From positions 868,001 through 932,000 of the forward strand of contig CM074821.1 in NCBI GenBank assembly GCA_037447605.1: a DNA stretch of 64,000 nt. The letters are read 5' to 3'. The notes below the pieces were generated by a model. That model did not search any database, was not told where the DNA came from, and saw nothing but the letters and a program-made list of their open reading frames with translations. Of this stretch, positions 1-11,448 are shown piece after piece; the stretch's first letter is position 1, and every line of letters starts with the position of its first letter. The stretch is from Zygnema circumcarinatum SAG 698-1b (lineage: Eukaryota > Plantae > Zygnematophyceae). A program made the translations under genes and the position numbers.

Positions 1-112
1 GCTGTCGCAGCATCTGCTCGGAAAGAGGCTGCTCCTGGAAGCACCCCACGCAGTCCAGCCATAGCGGGAAGCCCGGCAGGCAGAGGCCCCTGCCGGAGGT
101 ACTTGCTGCCAT
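1..112 (-). CDS. Possible N-terminus of a gene running off the left edge (MAASTSGRGLCLPGFPLW...)
   Basis: ATG at 112 on the minus strand is open to the window edge. It is preceded by a CT-rich leader and two perfect G-boxes. No recognisable domain. Confidence 0.2.
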   Translation of the reverse strand, partial: MAASTSGRGLCLPGFPLWLDCVGCFQEQPLSEQMLRQ

Positions 113-273
113 GCCCCCCCCGGTCTTTAGAATGGGGAAAGAAGTGGCGAGGAGGTGAGAGAGGGAGGGAGGAGGGAGAGAAGGAGAGAGAGTGGGAGAG
201 AGAGGGAGCGAAGGAGGGAGCAGCGCACCCTCCTCGCTGGCTCTCCCTCCTCCGCCAATTTGCGCGTGCGGGA

Positions 274-353
274 GCGCCACGTGGCGCCTCCCCGCCCTCC
301 CCCCCCCTGCGCGGCGGCGGACCCGGTCGGTGGCTGCGGGGGTGCCACGTGGC
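274..353. promoter_or_regulatory. Two perfect G-box/ABRE-type palindromes (GCCACGTGGC)
   Basis: GCGCCACGTGGCGC at 274-287 and GCCACGTGGC at 344-353, in the intergenic region upstream of the VIT-family gene. Confidence 0.45.
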
Positions 354-592
354 GCGCTTCCATGATGGAATCCCGTTTAACGGAGCTACATGGAGATGTC
401 GTACCATAAGGACGGTTTGCCTTACGGGATACGCGCACAGCCACATACGTGCGAGCGAGGCCGCCCATTGGCGCTTGGGCACGCTTTCTGCAAGTGCGAA
501 CTTACATATGAAGAGGGGTGGAGTTAGGGATGGCCGAAATTTTTATATTTCGACTTTTATATTACTTTTATAACACCAAAGGACCATATAAA

Positions 593-730
593 CAATTCTT
601 CGTGGTTCCCCATGAGGCTGATGTTGTCCATGCACATTTGATGGCATCATCGCCACCGTGAGATCAATGCCACTTCAAAAAAAAAAAGTCCATGAACAAA
701 ATCAGCACCATGGGGAACCACGAGGAACTG
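593..730. mobile_element. Short foldback MITE-like element (family with partial copies at ~32555 and ~53463)
   Basis: Arms CAATTCTTCGTGGTTCCCCATG...CATGGGGAACCACGAGGAACTG enclose the core TGGCATCATCGCCACCGTGAGATCAATGCCA. No TSD found. Confidence 0.55.
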
Positions 731-1920
731 GTCACACAGGAACACTTCCATTTCTTTCATAATGAGTTCTAAAAGTAGGGCCTCTCTCTCTCTTGCGGTG
801 GATCCACACAACGTAAGGATGAACCTGGACGGGTCCTTTCGACAGGTACAGACAGGGTCGATCAAAGATCCGGGATCAACTTGACAGTCCAACGTCACGT
901 GAAGGCTCCTCCAAGGTCACAAGGACGCTGGATGACGAAAATTGTCGTCATCGTCACTGTAGCGAATGGAAACGCGCCACGTGCCACTCCTCATGTACTG
1001 TACGTAGGTCGATGCTGGCTCAAATCTGGCCGTCCAGCGTTCTTGCAAGGACTGACGCCAGCTGACGCAAGAACCTCCGTCCAATTGATCTGTAACAGTG
1101 AACATAAAACCAACACAGTCCCGTTCGACAAGGAACGGAGTACGTGGCATCACACCGTAGCTGCCACGATGGCACAATGGACGGTCCGATGCCAGTGACG
1201 TCACTGGCACCGGACCGTCGGACCGTCCGTCTCTCCCTCCGGTCAATCGCTAAAGGTCTACTACAGTAAAACTACTGTACAGTGTGTTCAACCAAACGGA
1301 TTGCCGTACACCCGCACATGGCAGCCGTACGAAATACCCTATGATGTACCGTACATAAGTTGACGTAGATCTGCTGTGCGGTGAACACCTCCGATTGGCG
1401 ATTGTCTAGGCGCTTTCTGCCCAGTTCCAGCCTCCCCCGCTATCTGCCAACAATGTTCGTACCACCGCGGCCATGCACGTGGGTGGCGCGGAGCCACGGA
1501 AAAATAATTTGTTTGAGCTTTTCACATTTAACATATTCTTAAAACCAATGTAAATGCGACACGTGGCACAATTGCATATGTGGCGGCTTCGGAGATGAAG
1601 AAAGCCCCCAACGTGTGGTCCCAGCAGACCTGCAAACTGCAAACCGGGTTTTGGGGCAAACTGGGGGGAAGTTACAAACTTGGCTGAAGTTGAAAAACCG
1701 GGCGACGGTTCAGTGGTCGCAAGGCGTCGCATGAAGTCGCAGGGAGGGCCGTGCGACAGAAAGGCGCTCGGGGCCCTTCGCCGCCGCCACGTGGTGGCCC
1801 CGCTTGCCCTAAAAAAGGCTTAGGGCTTGCGGGCTTCCACGGGGAGGGAGATAGGAGAAAGGGAGCGAGAGGAAGGAGAGGGAGAGAGGGAGAGAGGGAG
1901 AGAGGGAGAGAGGGAGAGAG

Positions 1921-2721
1921 ATGGCGCTGGGAGCCATGGACGCGGCGGAGACCAACGATCAGGTGTACTCTCAAATTCCGCGCGACGTGGAGGGCGCGAA
2001 CAAGGAGGAGGACGTGCATTCCTGCGGGCACGAGCACTTCTCCCACCGCTCGCCATGGCTGCGCGCCGCCCTCCTCGGCGCCAACGACGGCCTCGTCTCC
2101 TGCGCCTCCCTCATGGTGGGAGTGGGAGCCGTTCGGTCCGACCACCTCTCCATGATCATCTCCGGCCTCTCGGGCCTGGTCGCCGGCGCATGCAGCATGG
2201 CGATCGGGGAGTTTGTGTCTGTGTACGGGCAGAGGGACACGGAGGAGGCCGATCTGCAGAAGGAGAGGGAGGAGCACGAGAAGGGGCCCGACGCGCGCGA
2301 GCACGAGCTGGAGGAGCTCACGCAGATCTATGTCGAGAGGGGGCTGACTTACAGACTCGCAAGAGAGGTGGCGGAGGAGCTCTCCAGGATCGACCCCATT
2401 CGCGCCCACGCGAGGGACGAGCTCGGCATCGACATGGACGATTTGTCGAACCCTGCGCAGGCGGCCATTGTTTCGGGAATCGCGTTCTCTGTGGGGGGAG
2501 TTGTGCCGCTGCTTTCTGCGGCCTTCATTGATGATTATGATCTGAGGCTGGCGGTGCTTTTAGTCTCGTCGACGGTCGCTTTCATGGCGTTCGGGGCGTT
2601 GGGGGCGTTTCTGGGGGGGGCACCCATGCTTAAGGCGAGCGCTCGCGGAACCTTTGGTGGATGGCTGGCTATGCTCATTACTTATGTCACGCTGCGCGCA
2701 TTTGGTAGCGCGGGGTTGTGA
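1921..2721 (+). CDS. VTL: Vacuolar iron/manganese transporter, VIT1/CCC1 family (VTL/nodulin-21-like), single exon, 266 aa
   Basis: Family motifs WLRAALLGANDGLVS, AGACSMAIGEFVSVY, AHARDELGI, NPAQAA, VPLL and GGWLAM; five hydrophobic segments; intact ATG-to-stop ORF. Confidence 0.93.
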   Translation: MALGAMDAAETNDQVYSQIPRDVEGANKEEDVHSCGHEHFSHRSPWLRAALLGANDGLVSCASLMVGVGAVRSDHLSMIISGLSGLVAGACSMAIGEFVSVYGQRDTEEADLQKEREEHEKGPDAREHELEELTQIYVERGLTYRLAREVAEELSRIDPIRAHARDELGIDMDDLSNPAQAAIVSGIAFSVGGVVPLLSAAFIDDYDLRLAVLLVSSTVAFMAFGALGAFLGGAPMLKASARGTFGGWLAMLITYVTLRAFGSAGL

Positions 2722-4210
2722 GAGGAAGGGGGGGAGAGGGAGAGGGGGGGGTGGGAGGGCTGTGATGGATTCTTGCAGAAGAGTCAGTGAAGGAGGGAGG
2801 CAAGAAAGAATGCAAAAAGGATAAAAGAAAAGCAATTGAAAAGATAAGAGGGGTCATTGCGTAGCAGTTTAGATATGATCGCCCAGTTTTGCGATAGCAC
2901 TTAGGGTTAAATATGCAGATGCTGCATCGCAAGGCGTGGGGCGAGGGGGGCGGGCGGGGTAGTGGAGGGGAGGGATGGGGGGGGGGGGGGGGGGGGGNNN
3001 NNNNNNNGGGGGCTTAGGTGAAGAGGGGACGTCAATTTGTTGTAGACATAAAGCTTCCCGATGGGATTTTCGGTGTGTTGCAATCCACCCAATGAAGCGT
3101 GGTTTTTTGGTTTTTGGTTTTTGGTTTTTGGGAGGCTTGCATTCCGTCATGCAAAAGCTGATGTGCTCCATCCAGCCTGCCTCCATCGATAGGTGCAACA
3201 GAGTTTGAATGCCATTCTGGAGGGGCCTTTCCCTTACAGATGAAGTTTGGGATTTGGGTTCTTTTCTTCTCCTTCTCTTTGAAGTAGAGAAGAAGAAGAA
3301 GTTTGTGAAGTTTGTGTTTTGGGCATGCTACGAAAGAAAGGCTTGCTCCCCTGTTCACAGTTTTAGGGTTTCAGCAAAAAAGAGGGCCTCTTTATTCTGC
3401 TCAGTTTTTTAGATCTAGGCGAAGGATGGAGCCGTTTCGCACTGCCACGAGTGCTTATGTATACGTTGTATGGAAGGCTAATGCTGCTGTGAAGGGTGTG
3501 CTTTGAAGGACGACAAGGCTTCAATTCTGAAGAAATTGGTATGGCTGTTGTTTCCAAAAGTGAAAAAAGCTGTGTGATGATATCAAGTTATCGCGGTGCC
3601 AATGGTTGAACATATGGGTCTTGAAGGCGCACTGGGCAGTACAAAGTCCGTGTTCCTTCTAGAATTCTGGATGAATATATTCACAACAGTGCCCTTCTCA
3701 GAGAAATGAAAGTTTAGCATTGGGTTGAAGGAATCCGGTGCAAGCAGGAGCAGGCGGGCCATTGGAAGGGGGGAGGGGAGAGGGGAGAGGGGAGAGGGGA
3801 GAGGAAGGGGGGAGGGGGGAGGGAGAGAGTAAAAAAAAGAGAGAGGACGGATAGGCGAGATAGGTGAAGAACGAGGGAAGAGAGGGGGAGAGGGAGGAGG
3901 AAACGGAAGAGGGAGAGAGAAGACGAAAAAGCTGATACGCCCGTGGAAGCCCTACATTCGGAACAGTTTGGATATTATTGGACTTAATGATGGATTCCAT
4001 AACTGATTTCGCTTGCTCTTTAAATTATGGGAAGATTATTTTTGAAATAAATTGTTACGCAAAAACACTAACGATGAAGTTGCATAGCATCCTTCATATC
4101 TGTTATAATATTTACCTGAAAAAACCTGCTTATGCATTAAGAATGACAACCCATTTGCGAATATGTGAGAAATAACTTATTAATTTAGAAATTTCCACGA
4201 GAAAAAAATT

Positions 4211-4633
4211 TTATGTGAAGAAATCGATGAACGGGGACGGCCACGCAGGGCCCGAAACATGCAGAACCTCGTCGATGTCAGAGTTCCAGCGGTGGTTTCC
4301 GCGGCCCCGCCCTTTACTCTCCGCCCCCGCCAGCATTGCGACTGACATCACGAGGAAGCCATGGCGGAGGAGGGCACGGAGGTAGTCTGGANNNNNNNNN
4401 NNNNNNNNNNNNNNNNNNNNNNNNNNNNNNNNNNNNNNNNNNNNNNNNNNNNNNNNNNNNNNNNNNNNNNNNNNNNNNNNNNNNNNNNNNNNNNNNNNNN
4501 NNNNNNNNNNNNNNNNNNNNTTTTTGCCCGCCACCTTGAATTTCTGATCTGGACTTAACGTCACGTCGATAAACCAATCAACCTTCATCAGCTTCACGAT
4601 CTGATCGCCAGTGGCCCACATACCTACCACCTG
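4211..4633 (-). pseudogene. Gap-interrupted ORF fragment, possibly a degenerate transposase (MULE-like) piece
   Basis: WATGDQIVKLMKVDWFIDVT loosely resembles the MULE 'WFxDGT' region. It is split by a ~130-N gap, so assignment is weak. Confidence 0.2.
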
Positions 4634-5511
4634 CGAGTCAATCTGTCATTGTGTGAAATCGCACTGCATGCACATTGCATGATTGAGCGAGCACGGTTGT
4701 AGCGTTATTGTTCAAAATGAGTGGGTATAATATATAATAAAGTCTTTTACTTTATAACACATTACTACTTTTAAACCCGTTGTAAAGTATATAATGTATT
4801 CGGAATTTACAACGCGGGCCATCCCTAGTGGCGACAAAATGGAGGGCGGGGGGGCGGTGGGCGGCGGAGGAGCGTGCGGGGCGAAAGGGGGGGGGTCAGA
4901 CCTGGCCTCCCATACGAGAGTAAAATAATTATTTCTCTATTTGGCGCTCGACCTGCCGAACGCCACTTTTTGCGAGTGCTGCGGTACACGCGGAACAGGC
5001 CGACGGGCTTACGAAATTGGTTTGGCGATGGTCAGGGCTCGGCTCCCTAATGTTTTCGTGGATACACCGGATACTTGCACAGGATTTGTATATAGGTTTG
5101 CCATATTTTCCACTTATATTTGTAATTGGATGAAATATTAGTATCTGCAATATAAGGTTGGTGTTACTAAGCGAGCGGAATTATGTTACAGTTCATGATT
5201 TCCGTACGTATTGTATTCTTTGGGTTGTTGGATCGATCGCCTCATATCATATTGGTACTTGCACTCGTAATTTATCGCATTGCTGGCAAACGTAATAATT
5301 GGAGACCAAGGATTGCTGGCTGCTCACTGAGGTAGCTAACCAAAAAGCTTTGAGCCCCCACGGTGATTACACTGCCGCATTGTGATACGGAGAGCATGCA
5401 TCCTGCAGTATTGTATTTCATCCAAGTCAGAGAAGTGGAAGAGAGCGAGCGCCTCACGGCGGATGCGGCAGATAGGTGAGTTTGCGCAGCGCCACGCCTG
5501 ATACATGTCAG

Positions 5512-6491
5512 TGTATAGTAGTTAGTCACTAGCAAGTTGTCGGGACATTAGTTCTGTGTGCGTGCGCTGTGTGTGGCCTTGCGATGTGCGTGCAGGTTGA
5601 CGGGCGGAGGCACGGACTTTGGCTCGGGTGAGAGCGCGGCGCGACGGAGTCTACAGTACGAGGCGCGACGCTGCAATCGAAAAAGTGACGTGCGCGACGC
5701 GCTGCGCAGCGATTTAACATGTGACGTGACGTGTGAAACCGTTGCGCGCATCAATGACGCGCGCGCGCCAGTAAAGTCTCCCACGCTGACTCGCATTTCT
5801 ACCATGCGACCGTCCAAATTGTCGGCCGTCGCTATTCAGAATTAGACGGAGCTGCGCCGAATCGCGAGGTGCTCTAGACGACGCGAGGACGAGACGCGCC
5901 ATCACCCTGGGAGGCCGGGTCACATCCTACGCCACCGTGGATCAGATGGCAGCGCGAGTCGGATCTACGTAGCAAAGGGCTGGATCCGTGTGAGCTCACG
6001 AGGATCGAAACCCTTGCAGGCATTAGGATCAGGATAGGGTGCCCTTGCAGGCCGCTAGTCGATGTTGTTAGCTCCGTAGCATGTTGTTGTCACGTGTGTA
6101 GTGACACATAAACACTTATTAGCTTTTGTTATGTGGGGTAATAGTTCATCGAGGCTTGTACAGTCTTTGCCATGCCGTCGCCTGTGTCCAACACTACACT
6201 TACCGTGCTTAGGTAGTGAGCTGTGAGTACTACTTGGGTGCTGATTTGAGAGGGGGTCTCTCAATGTATGAGTGAATTCACTATTAAGGAGTTTTAGAGC
6301 GAGGAGCTTTCTCCTATTCATTTCTCTCTATTATTCCGCTGTGCATTGTTTGCTGTGATTCACTTTGTGAGTAAAATGGGCTATGAGTGAATGTGAGGGA
6401 TTTGAATATGTCATCGTCATCTACGCTAACTTTATGGAGGGTGACCAGAAATGAGGATGGGAATCCTGACATGAGGAGTCCCTGCATGACA
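5512..6491 (+). repeat. Copia LTR, family A (5' LTR of element A)
   Basis: TG...CA termini followed by the PBS; homologous to 15351-16359 (minus strand). Confidence 0.85.
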
Positions 6492-7656
6492 AGTGGTATC
6501 ACAGCTCATGGCAGTTCTCAGCATCATTTAAGTTCAGCATTCTGGCCTTTATGGGCAGGTATTACAAGGCGTGGAGATGAGGTTGGTTCCCCCTCTTCAA
6601 AGGCAGGACGTCTGAGATGTCACTGGAGACGAAGGCGCCGGAGTTACCGGCTGCAGCCTCAGCGGCACAGCAGCTCAGCACGACGCAGCGCTTGCACCCA
6701 TGGAAAGCCAAGGACAACAAGGCCCTAACGCAGATTGTAATGAGCGTAAGAGGAAGTTTGTCCTCTATGCTTTATGATCTGAAAACCTCTCATGCCATGT
6801 GGAGATGCCTAGAGGAAATGTATGATGTAAAAGACAATGTGACGATCGTCGATCTTTACACGCAGCTAGGAAATATGAAGATGACTTAAGATGAGAAACT
6901 AGAAGATTATATGGTCAGGTTTGATGCTCTGATGGAGAGGTTCATAGCCCTTGGGAAACCATTAGAGGCAGACCATAAGATAAGCCAGCTTCCGGCTGGG
7001 GCCGATGGGGCTGAGAGACTCGATGCGGCAGGCGGGCTTTGAGGACAGTCCCGACTAATACCACGATGATTTTTGAGGAGTCAAGTGAGGATAAAGGAGG
7101 AGGACTCCATTCAGGATGTCGGCAGCCCTGAGGAGAAAGTGCTTGCGTTGCACACTCGACCGAATCGAAGAGGAGGCGCCCCGAAGTCAGCCCGAGGAGA
7201 ACGCTCGGCAATTACGTGTTACACGTGTGGCAAGACCGGCCACTACTCCAGCGATTGCTTCAAGAACAAAGGCAGCCAAGAGAAGGGNGGAAACGCGACT
7301 TCNNNCGGCAAGAAGGAGAAGAAGGCGTTCAGTGGCACTTGCTTCAAATGCAAGAAGAGAGGCCACAGGAGTTCAGACTGCAAGGTAGCAGTTGAGAACA
7401 ACCTCATGCTGGCGGAGAATACTGAGAATGCGTTTGTGGGAAGGATTCAGGTAGAGGATCCGAAGCGGCTTGCCACCGATTCCGCGCTTCCACGCATGTG
7501 CGGACACACTTGATGTTCTCCAGCTCGACAACCTAGAAGACACGCTGATTCCTCATTAGGAAACCGGTGGAGGAGTCACTGTGATTGAGAGGTGGAGCGT
7601 GAGGACTGATACTCGGAGACGGCTCGGTCATCAATGAAGAAGACATACAAGAGAAG

Positions 7657-8334
7657 TTGTCAATTGGTGACGTTCTTCACACCCCTGGGCTAAAACAGAA
7701 TTTCATGTCTGTTAGCCAAGTGTGTAAGAAAGGATACAGTGTTCTGTTTGAGGAGAAGTCATGCGTGGCCATCCATACAGAAACTGGGAGACAGTTGTTC
7801 AGGGGTTATGAGAGTGGAGGGCTGTATTTTCTTGATTACAAAAGGGAGAATTATGAGCATGTCAATGCAATCTCAGAGAATGCCGTAGATGTATGGCATC
7901 AAAGACTTGGTCACTTACACCATAGAGGAATGCAGCAGTTGGCTGAGAAGGGGTTAGTCCGTGGGCTAGACCCGGGTGTAGTGGAGAAGGAGCTTGGGTT
8001 GTGCCAGGAGTGTGTGGAGGGCAAGGCGCACAGGAGACCATTCGTGAGGAGTGGAGACGAGTCCTATCGAGCGCGAGAGAAGTTGGAATTGGTACATTCT
8101 GACTTGTGTGGCCCAGTTACACCGGCAACCAACGGCGGAGCACGGTACTTCGTCACGTTCCTCGACGATTACTCGAGGAAGATTTGGATTACGCTCCTCA
8201 AGAACAAGTCAGAGGCTTTCGGAGCCTTTCGAGATTGGCTGAACCAGGCGGAGACAGAATCAGGACAGAAGCTGAAGGCTTTGCGCTCAGACAATGGCGG
8301 CGAATTCAAATCCAAGGAGTTCGGCAGTTCCTGA
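7657..8334 (+). pseudogene. Copia pol fragment (protease C-terminus, GAG-pre-integrase, integrase N-terminal core)
   Basis: VLHTPGLKQNFMSVSQ, GLYFL, WHQRLGH, ELVHSDLCGP, FLDDYSR and LRSDNGGEF motifs. Confidence 0.88.
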
Positions 8335-9087
8335 GAACCGCTGGTATAAGGCATTAATTTCTCCGCTGATCCCGAGAGTAATGAGGACTGAGCGAGTGAC
8401 AGGCACATCGGGGGATATGGCCTGGACCATGTTGATTGATTTCCCCTTTCCAGTCTTCCTTTTGGGCAGAAGCGGTTTCTACTGCCTGCCCACATTAGAA
8501 CAGATGTCCGTCTTCCGCTCTGAAAGACCAGGTCCCCCTGAGCAGATGTGGAAGTGGAGAAAGCCCACAGCTTCCCACTTGACACCTTCGGCGCATGCCG
8601 GGCCGCACGCCCAGGCGCGACATAGCAAGTAATCTCACCCCTCGAGCGGTGGAGGGTTATGTTCCCGGCTACTGGAACAGGAGCATGCAACACATGTTGT
8701 AACCCTTGACTGATAGGTCCTGACATTGAGGACATCACAGGCTGATGCAAGGGGGAGTGCTGTTGGTTGTGGCCTGGAGCTTTTTAGAGTTTCCTCCAGC
8801 GAAGTGGATTTTGAGATCTGTATGAGGAGGGAGAGACGAGTGGAGAGCGTGATGTCACTGTGTATGATGCGACATCAGAGAGTGAGAGAGCCAAGCGTGA
8901 GCTGGCGCCAAGTGAGCCTTTACGAGACCGCCCACACAGCTGTCAGGAAGCCTGCATCGACGGACACTCATTCACTGCAGATCCATCCCAGCTGGCAGAG
9001 AAGAGAACTCTGGAGACGGTGCCGCCTACACGCAAGAGTTTGAGGACCTGAAGCGCCCCCAGATAGCTATGTCAGCGAAGACTTCCA

Positions 9088-11448
9088 TGTTTTGTGTCAG
9101 TGCTATGCAGCACAGTCACATTGACGCACATACTAACCGTTGGTACCGATCCGAGAACATGAGATCCGCCAGGCTGTGTGCTGTCTCACATTCACAATGT
9201 CGCTGTCCTGACTCACTGCAGTGCGCCGCGAGCGCCCTGCAGACGGAACGAGCGCGCCACGGGACGCGGCGCGACAGCATGTGACCGCCAGAACGACGTG
9301 CAATTGACGTCGTTTCAAGCGGCTTGCGCATTCTCGCGAGTATGATGGCGCGCACTTTGCATCGTTACTGCCGCGAACCGCCATGCATTGCCGCTGATCG
9401 ACATACACAGTCGGGTGCGGTTGGAACGTGCCACGCATGACCTCAGGCGGGTTTGCCATTCAGTTAATGCGGTGTCGCGGGTCAATTGACTGGAAGCAGC
9501 GTGGTGAAATGGCGAAATTATGGAGAGGAGAACACCAGCTTGACAAGAAGCAGGTCGGCGCTGCGCAGATCTACGAGGGAGCGGCCGGTCTCGCGCATCC
9601 TGAGTGCGCCCACCGAGGACCACACTGTTGGAGAACCCACTGCTTGCATGCGGCGACGTGACATGTGTGTCACGTCACGGACGCCATATTATATAGTGCA
9701 TAGTTTTATTATGGGAAGTAACCCACCCACACTACTTTGTCATAGTCTCGGGTCTTATTCTGTGCCTGCTCGTGCTGCTAGGCTGCCTACACTTGTGTCG
9801 TGTGGTAGAGAGTGAGAGGGACCTTGAAGTAGTGGGAGAACTTCATCGTGGGAAATACACTTCATTATAAGGAGTTTTAGAGTCGTGAGTTTTCTCTACA
9901 CTTTCTCATTGTGATTTCCGCCGCTTGCTGTAGCTTCATTCTGTTGTCATGGGCGATGAGTGAAGTAAGATAGAGCTTTGAGTGTTTGAATGTCTTCATC
10001 CGTGGGAACTATAGTTCCAATTGAGGGCTACACCCAAGGTTGCGCCGCCGGAAGCTGGGCAGCACGCTTCAATAGAGTGGGTATCATAGCTCAAGGTGGC
10101 GAGGAAGACCACGTGAAGTTCAGCATCCCAGTGTTCTCCATGGTTCGTGACTACAAGGGGGTGGAGAGATGGTGCTGGTTCCCCTTGCCTCGTGGGCAAA
10201 GGGCCTTTGGGGTGTCTGTTGGAGGCCTAGTCAAGGCACCGGCGGCACTGGAGCAGCCACGGAGCGGCAGTCCGAAACCGAGACACCGTGCCGCTGAGAC
10301 GGAGGATGAGGACAACAAGGCCCTCACCCGATGTCGTCATGAGCGTGAGGGAAGTCCTCTTTCATGCTGACCACTAAGACTTCACATGCTATGCGGACAT
10401 GCTCACAGGGACATGTACCATGTAAAGCACACGCAATCACATCACCCTTCAGGCACCGCACTTGGAATGAAGATGTCCCTTTGAGAGCTGAGTGAGACAT
10501 GGTCAGATTTGCACTTAATGGAGAGATTTAGGCGCTGGAAGTTGTCAGAGGACACCAGAACGCCTCAGCTTCCCCAGGCAGCTGCTGATTTGTGATGTAG
10601 TAGCTTCAGCCTCAGGCGTTCTCAACGAGATTGCGATGAACTTTGAGCAAGAAAATCCAGCATCAAGGCAGGAGAAGACTGTCAAGACTATCGGAGGATC
10701 GTAGGAGAAGGTGTTGGCGCTGCACTCACGACAAGTTCGAAGAGGAGGTGCGCCGAGGGCAGACCGTGGGGAACGCCCTACGGGAGCGTGTTACACGTGC
10801 GGCAAGACGGGCCACTTCTCGGCCAACTGTTACAAGAACAAGAACACCCAAGATCGGGGTGGAGGAGCATCGTCATCCGTCAAGAAGGGATTCAAGGGAA
10901 TCTGCTTCAAATGCAAGTAGCGAGGCCACAAGAGCACAGAATGCAGAGTGGCGGTGGAGACGAATCTAATGCTGACTGAACATTCTGATTTTGTTGGGAA
11001 GATCCAGGTTGCAAATTTGAAGCGGCCATGGCTGATCGATTCTGGCGCTTCCACGCACATGTGTGGCGACAAGCGAATGTTCTCTACGTTGGACACCTTG
11101 GAGAGGACAAGATCTGTTCACTCGGCAACCGGAGAGGGAGTGACAGTTACAAAAGGAGGAGTAGTAAAGATGATCCTCGGAGACGGCTCTGTCATCTACA
11201 AAGAAGAAAGGGAAGAGCGGTTGTGCATCGGTGACGTACTTCACACCCCTGACCTGAAACAGACTTTCATGTCTGTTAGTCAACTATGTAAGAGGGGGTA
11301 CGAAGTCACCTTCAAGGAGAAGTCTTGTGTAGCTACTCACTTGGAGTCGGGGAAGCGGCTGTTTGAGGGGTATGAGAAGGGAGGCCTGTATTACCTTCAT
11401 TATAAGAGAGAAGAAGATGAGGGTGTGATGGCCGTAACTGAGGGTGCA
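9088..11448 (+). mobile_element. Ty1/copia element B (5' LTR of family B, degraded gag, protease), ending at an N gap
   Basis: 9088-10074 is homologous to the LTRs of element D; degenerate PBS at ~10077-10090; HVKFSIP gag start; CCHC knuckles; protease WLIDSGASTHM at 10948-11447. The left boundary is approximate because the sequence is noisy. Confidence 0.8.

Larger units (their letters stand above)
525..4827. mobile_element. Candidate hAT-like element ends (11-bp TIR TAGGGATGGCC) bracketing the VIT-family gene
   Basis: TAGGGATGGCC at 525-535 and its exact inverse GGCCATCCCTA at 4817-4827; the first 8 nt equal the maize Ac TIR. A TACTTT(T)ATAACAC motif lies inside both ends. No clean 8-bp TSD (GGTGGAGT vs GTGGCGAC). 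Confidence 0.3.
5512..9087 (+). mobile_element. Ty1/copia element A (5' LTR, gag, protease, GAG-pre-integrase, integrase), truncated where copia B begins
   Basis: LTR TGTATAGTAG...TGACA at 5512-6491; PBS TGGTATCACAGC at 6494-6505 (tRNA-iMet type, 1 mismatch); two CCHC knuckles (CYTCGKTGHYSSDC, CFKCKKRGHRSSDC); WHQRLGHLH, LELVHSDLCGP and LRSDNGGEF integrase motifs; frameshifts present. Confidence 0.9.

Noticed and set aside
1672-2531. Overlapping ORFs in other frames around the VTL gene
   Set aside because: GC-rich shadow ORFs without domain motifs.
6290-6300. GTTTTAGAGC resembles the start of the S. pyogenes CRISPR repeat
   Set aside because: It is part of a retrotransposon LTR motif in a eukaryotic genome, with no repeat-spacer array and no cas genes.
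8747-8770. AAGGGGGAG-TG as a PPT/3' LTR start for copia A
   Set aside because: The downstream sequence does not match LTR family A or B termini and looks like the degraded post-integrase linker.
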